From Octopus bimaculoides (taxonomy: Eukaryota): a stretch of DNA of 33,386 nt. Numbering within the stretch: the stretch's first letter is position 1; the number at the start of each line of letters is the position of its first letter. Positions 33,029 to 33,386 of the stretch are shown piece after piece. The notes below the pieces were generated by a model. That model made no database searches. It saw only the letters and a list, made by a program, of their open reading frames with translations, and was not told the DNA's origin. Made by a program: the position numbers and the translations under genes. The stretch covers positions 10,370,238 through 10,403,623 of the forward strand of contig NC_068997.1 of NCBI RefSeq assembly GCF_001194135.2. Direction: 5' to 3'.

Positions 33029-33386
33029 GGGAGAAAGCAACCATACTCTGGGATATGCCAATACACACAGATAGAGAAATTAAGGCAAATAGACCAGATA
33101 TAGTTGTCAAAGATCATGAAGGAAAAAAATGCCTTCTAATTGATGTTTCAATACCAGCAGATGACAACGTTTCTCTAAAAGAAATGGAAAAACTTTCAAA
33201 ATACAAAGACCTGGAAATAGAGATAACTCGAATGTGGAATCTAAAAACAGAAACAATTCCTATCATAGTAGGTGCCTTAGGTATAATAAAAAAAATATTC
33301 AGACAAATACATAACAAAAATACCAGGACTTACAAATATATATAACATACAGAAAATTGCACTACTGGGTACTGCACACATTCTAC
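33029..33386 (+). mobile_element. 5'-truncated Dong/R4-like non-LTR retrotransposon, RLE domain; runs off the window end
   Basis: EKATILWDMPIHTDREIKANRPDIVVKD..CLLIDVSIP..N..KEMEKLSKYKDLEIEITRMW..IPIIVGALG is a PD-(D/E)xK RLE. One apparent frameshift in the A-run near 33290. Preceded by (TAA)6, the known Dong target repeat. Confidence 0.88.

Overview
AT-rich, gap-containing eukaryotic non-coding DNA. The SINE families and microsatellite load look like an Octopus (coleoid cephalopod) draft assembly; this is inferred from repeat content, not verified. I cannot support any intact host protein-coding exon, rRNA, tRNA gene or CRISPR array. Most ORFs in the track come from microsatellites, N-gaps or SINEs. 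The window is a layered mobile-element graveyard: about 25 tRNA-derived SINE copies or fragments of three types, 3' relics of CR1/L2-like LINEs, a CRE-like and a young Dong/R4-like restriction-like-endonuclease (RLE) retroelement fragment, two decayed Penelope-like elements (PLEs) of different types, hAT, Mutator-like and Tc1/mariner derivatives, and two long fold-back elements. Most worth follow-up: (1) a reverse-transcriptase-less GIY-YIG endonuclease ORF relic with a long Thr/Ser/Asn linker (16170-17361, minus); (2) repeated insertion of SINEs into the same site of other SINE heads; (3) a 168-codon open frame with eroded RT-like motifs (28561-29067, minus); (4) long hairpin elements and a minimal hammerhead-ribozyme motif; (5) a perfect palindromic templated-duplication scar (5274-5447). 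All protein-family assignments are manual motif recognition; no database search was run.
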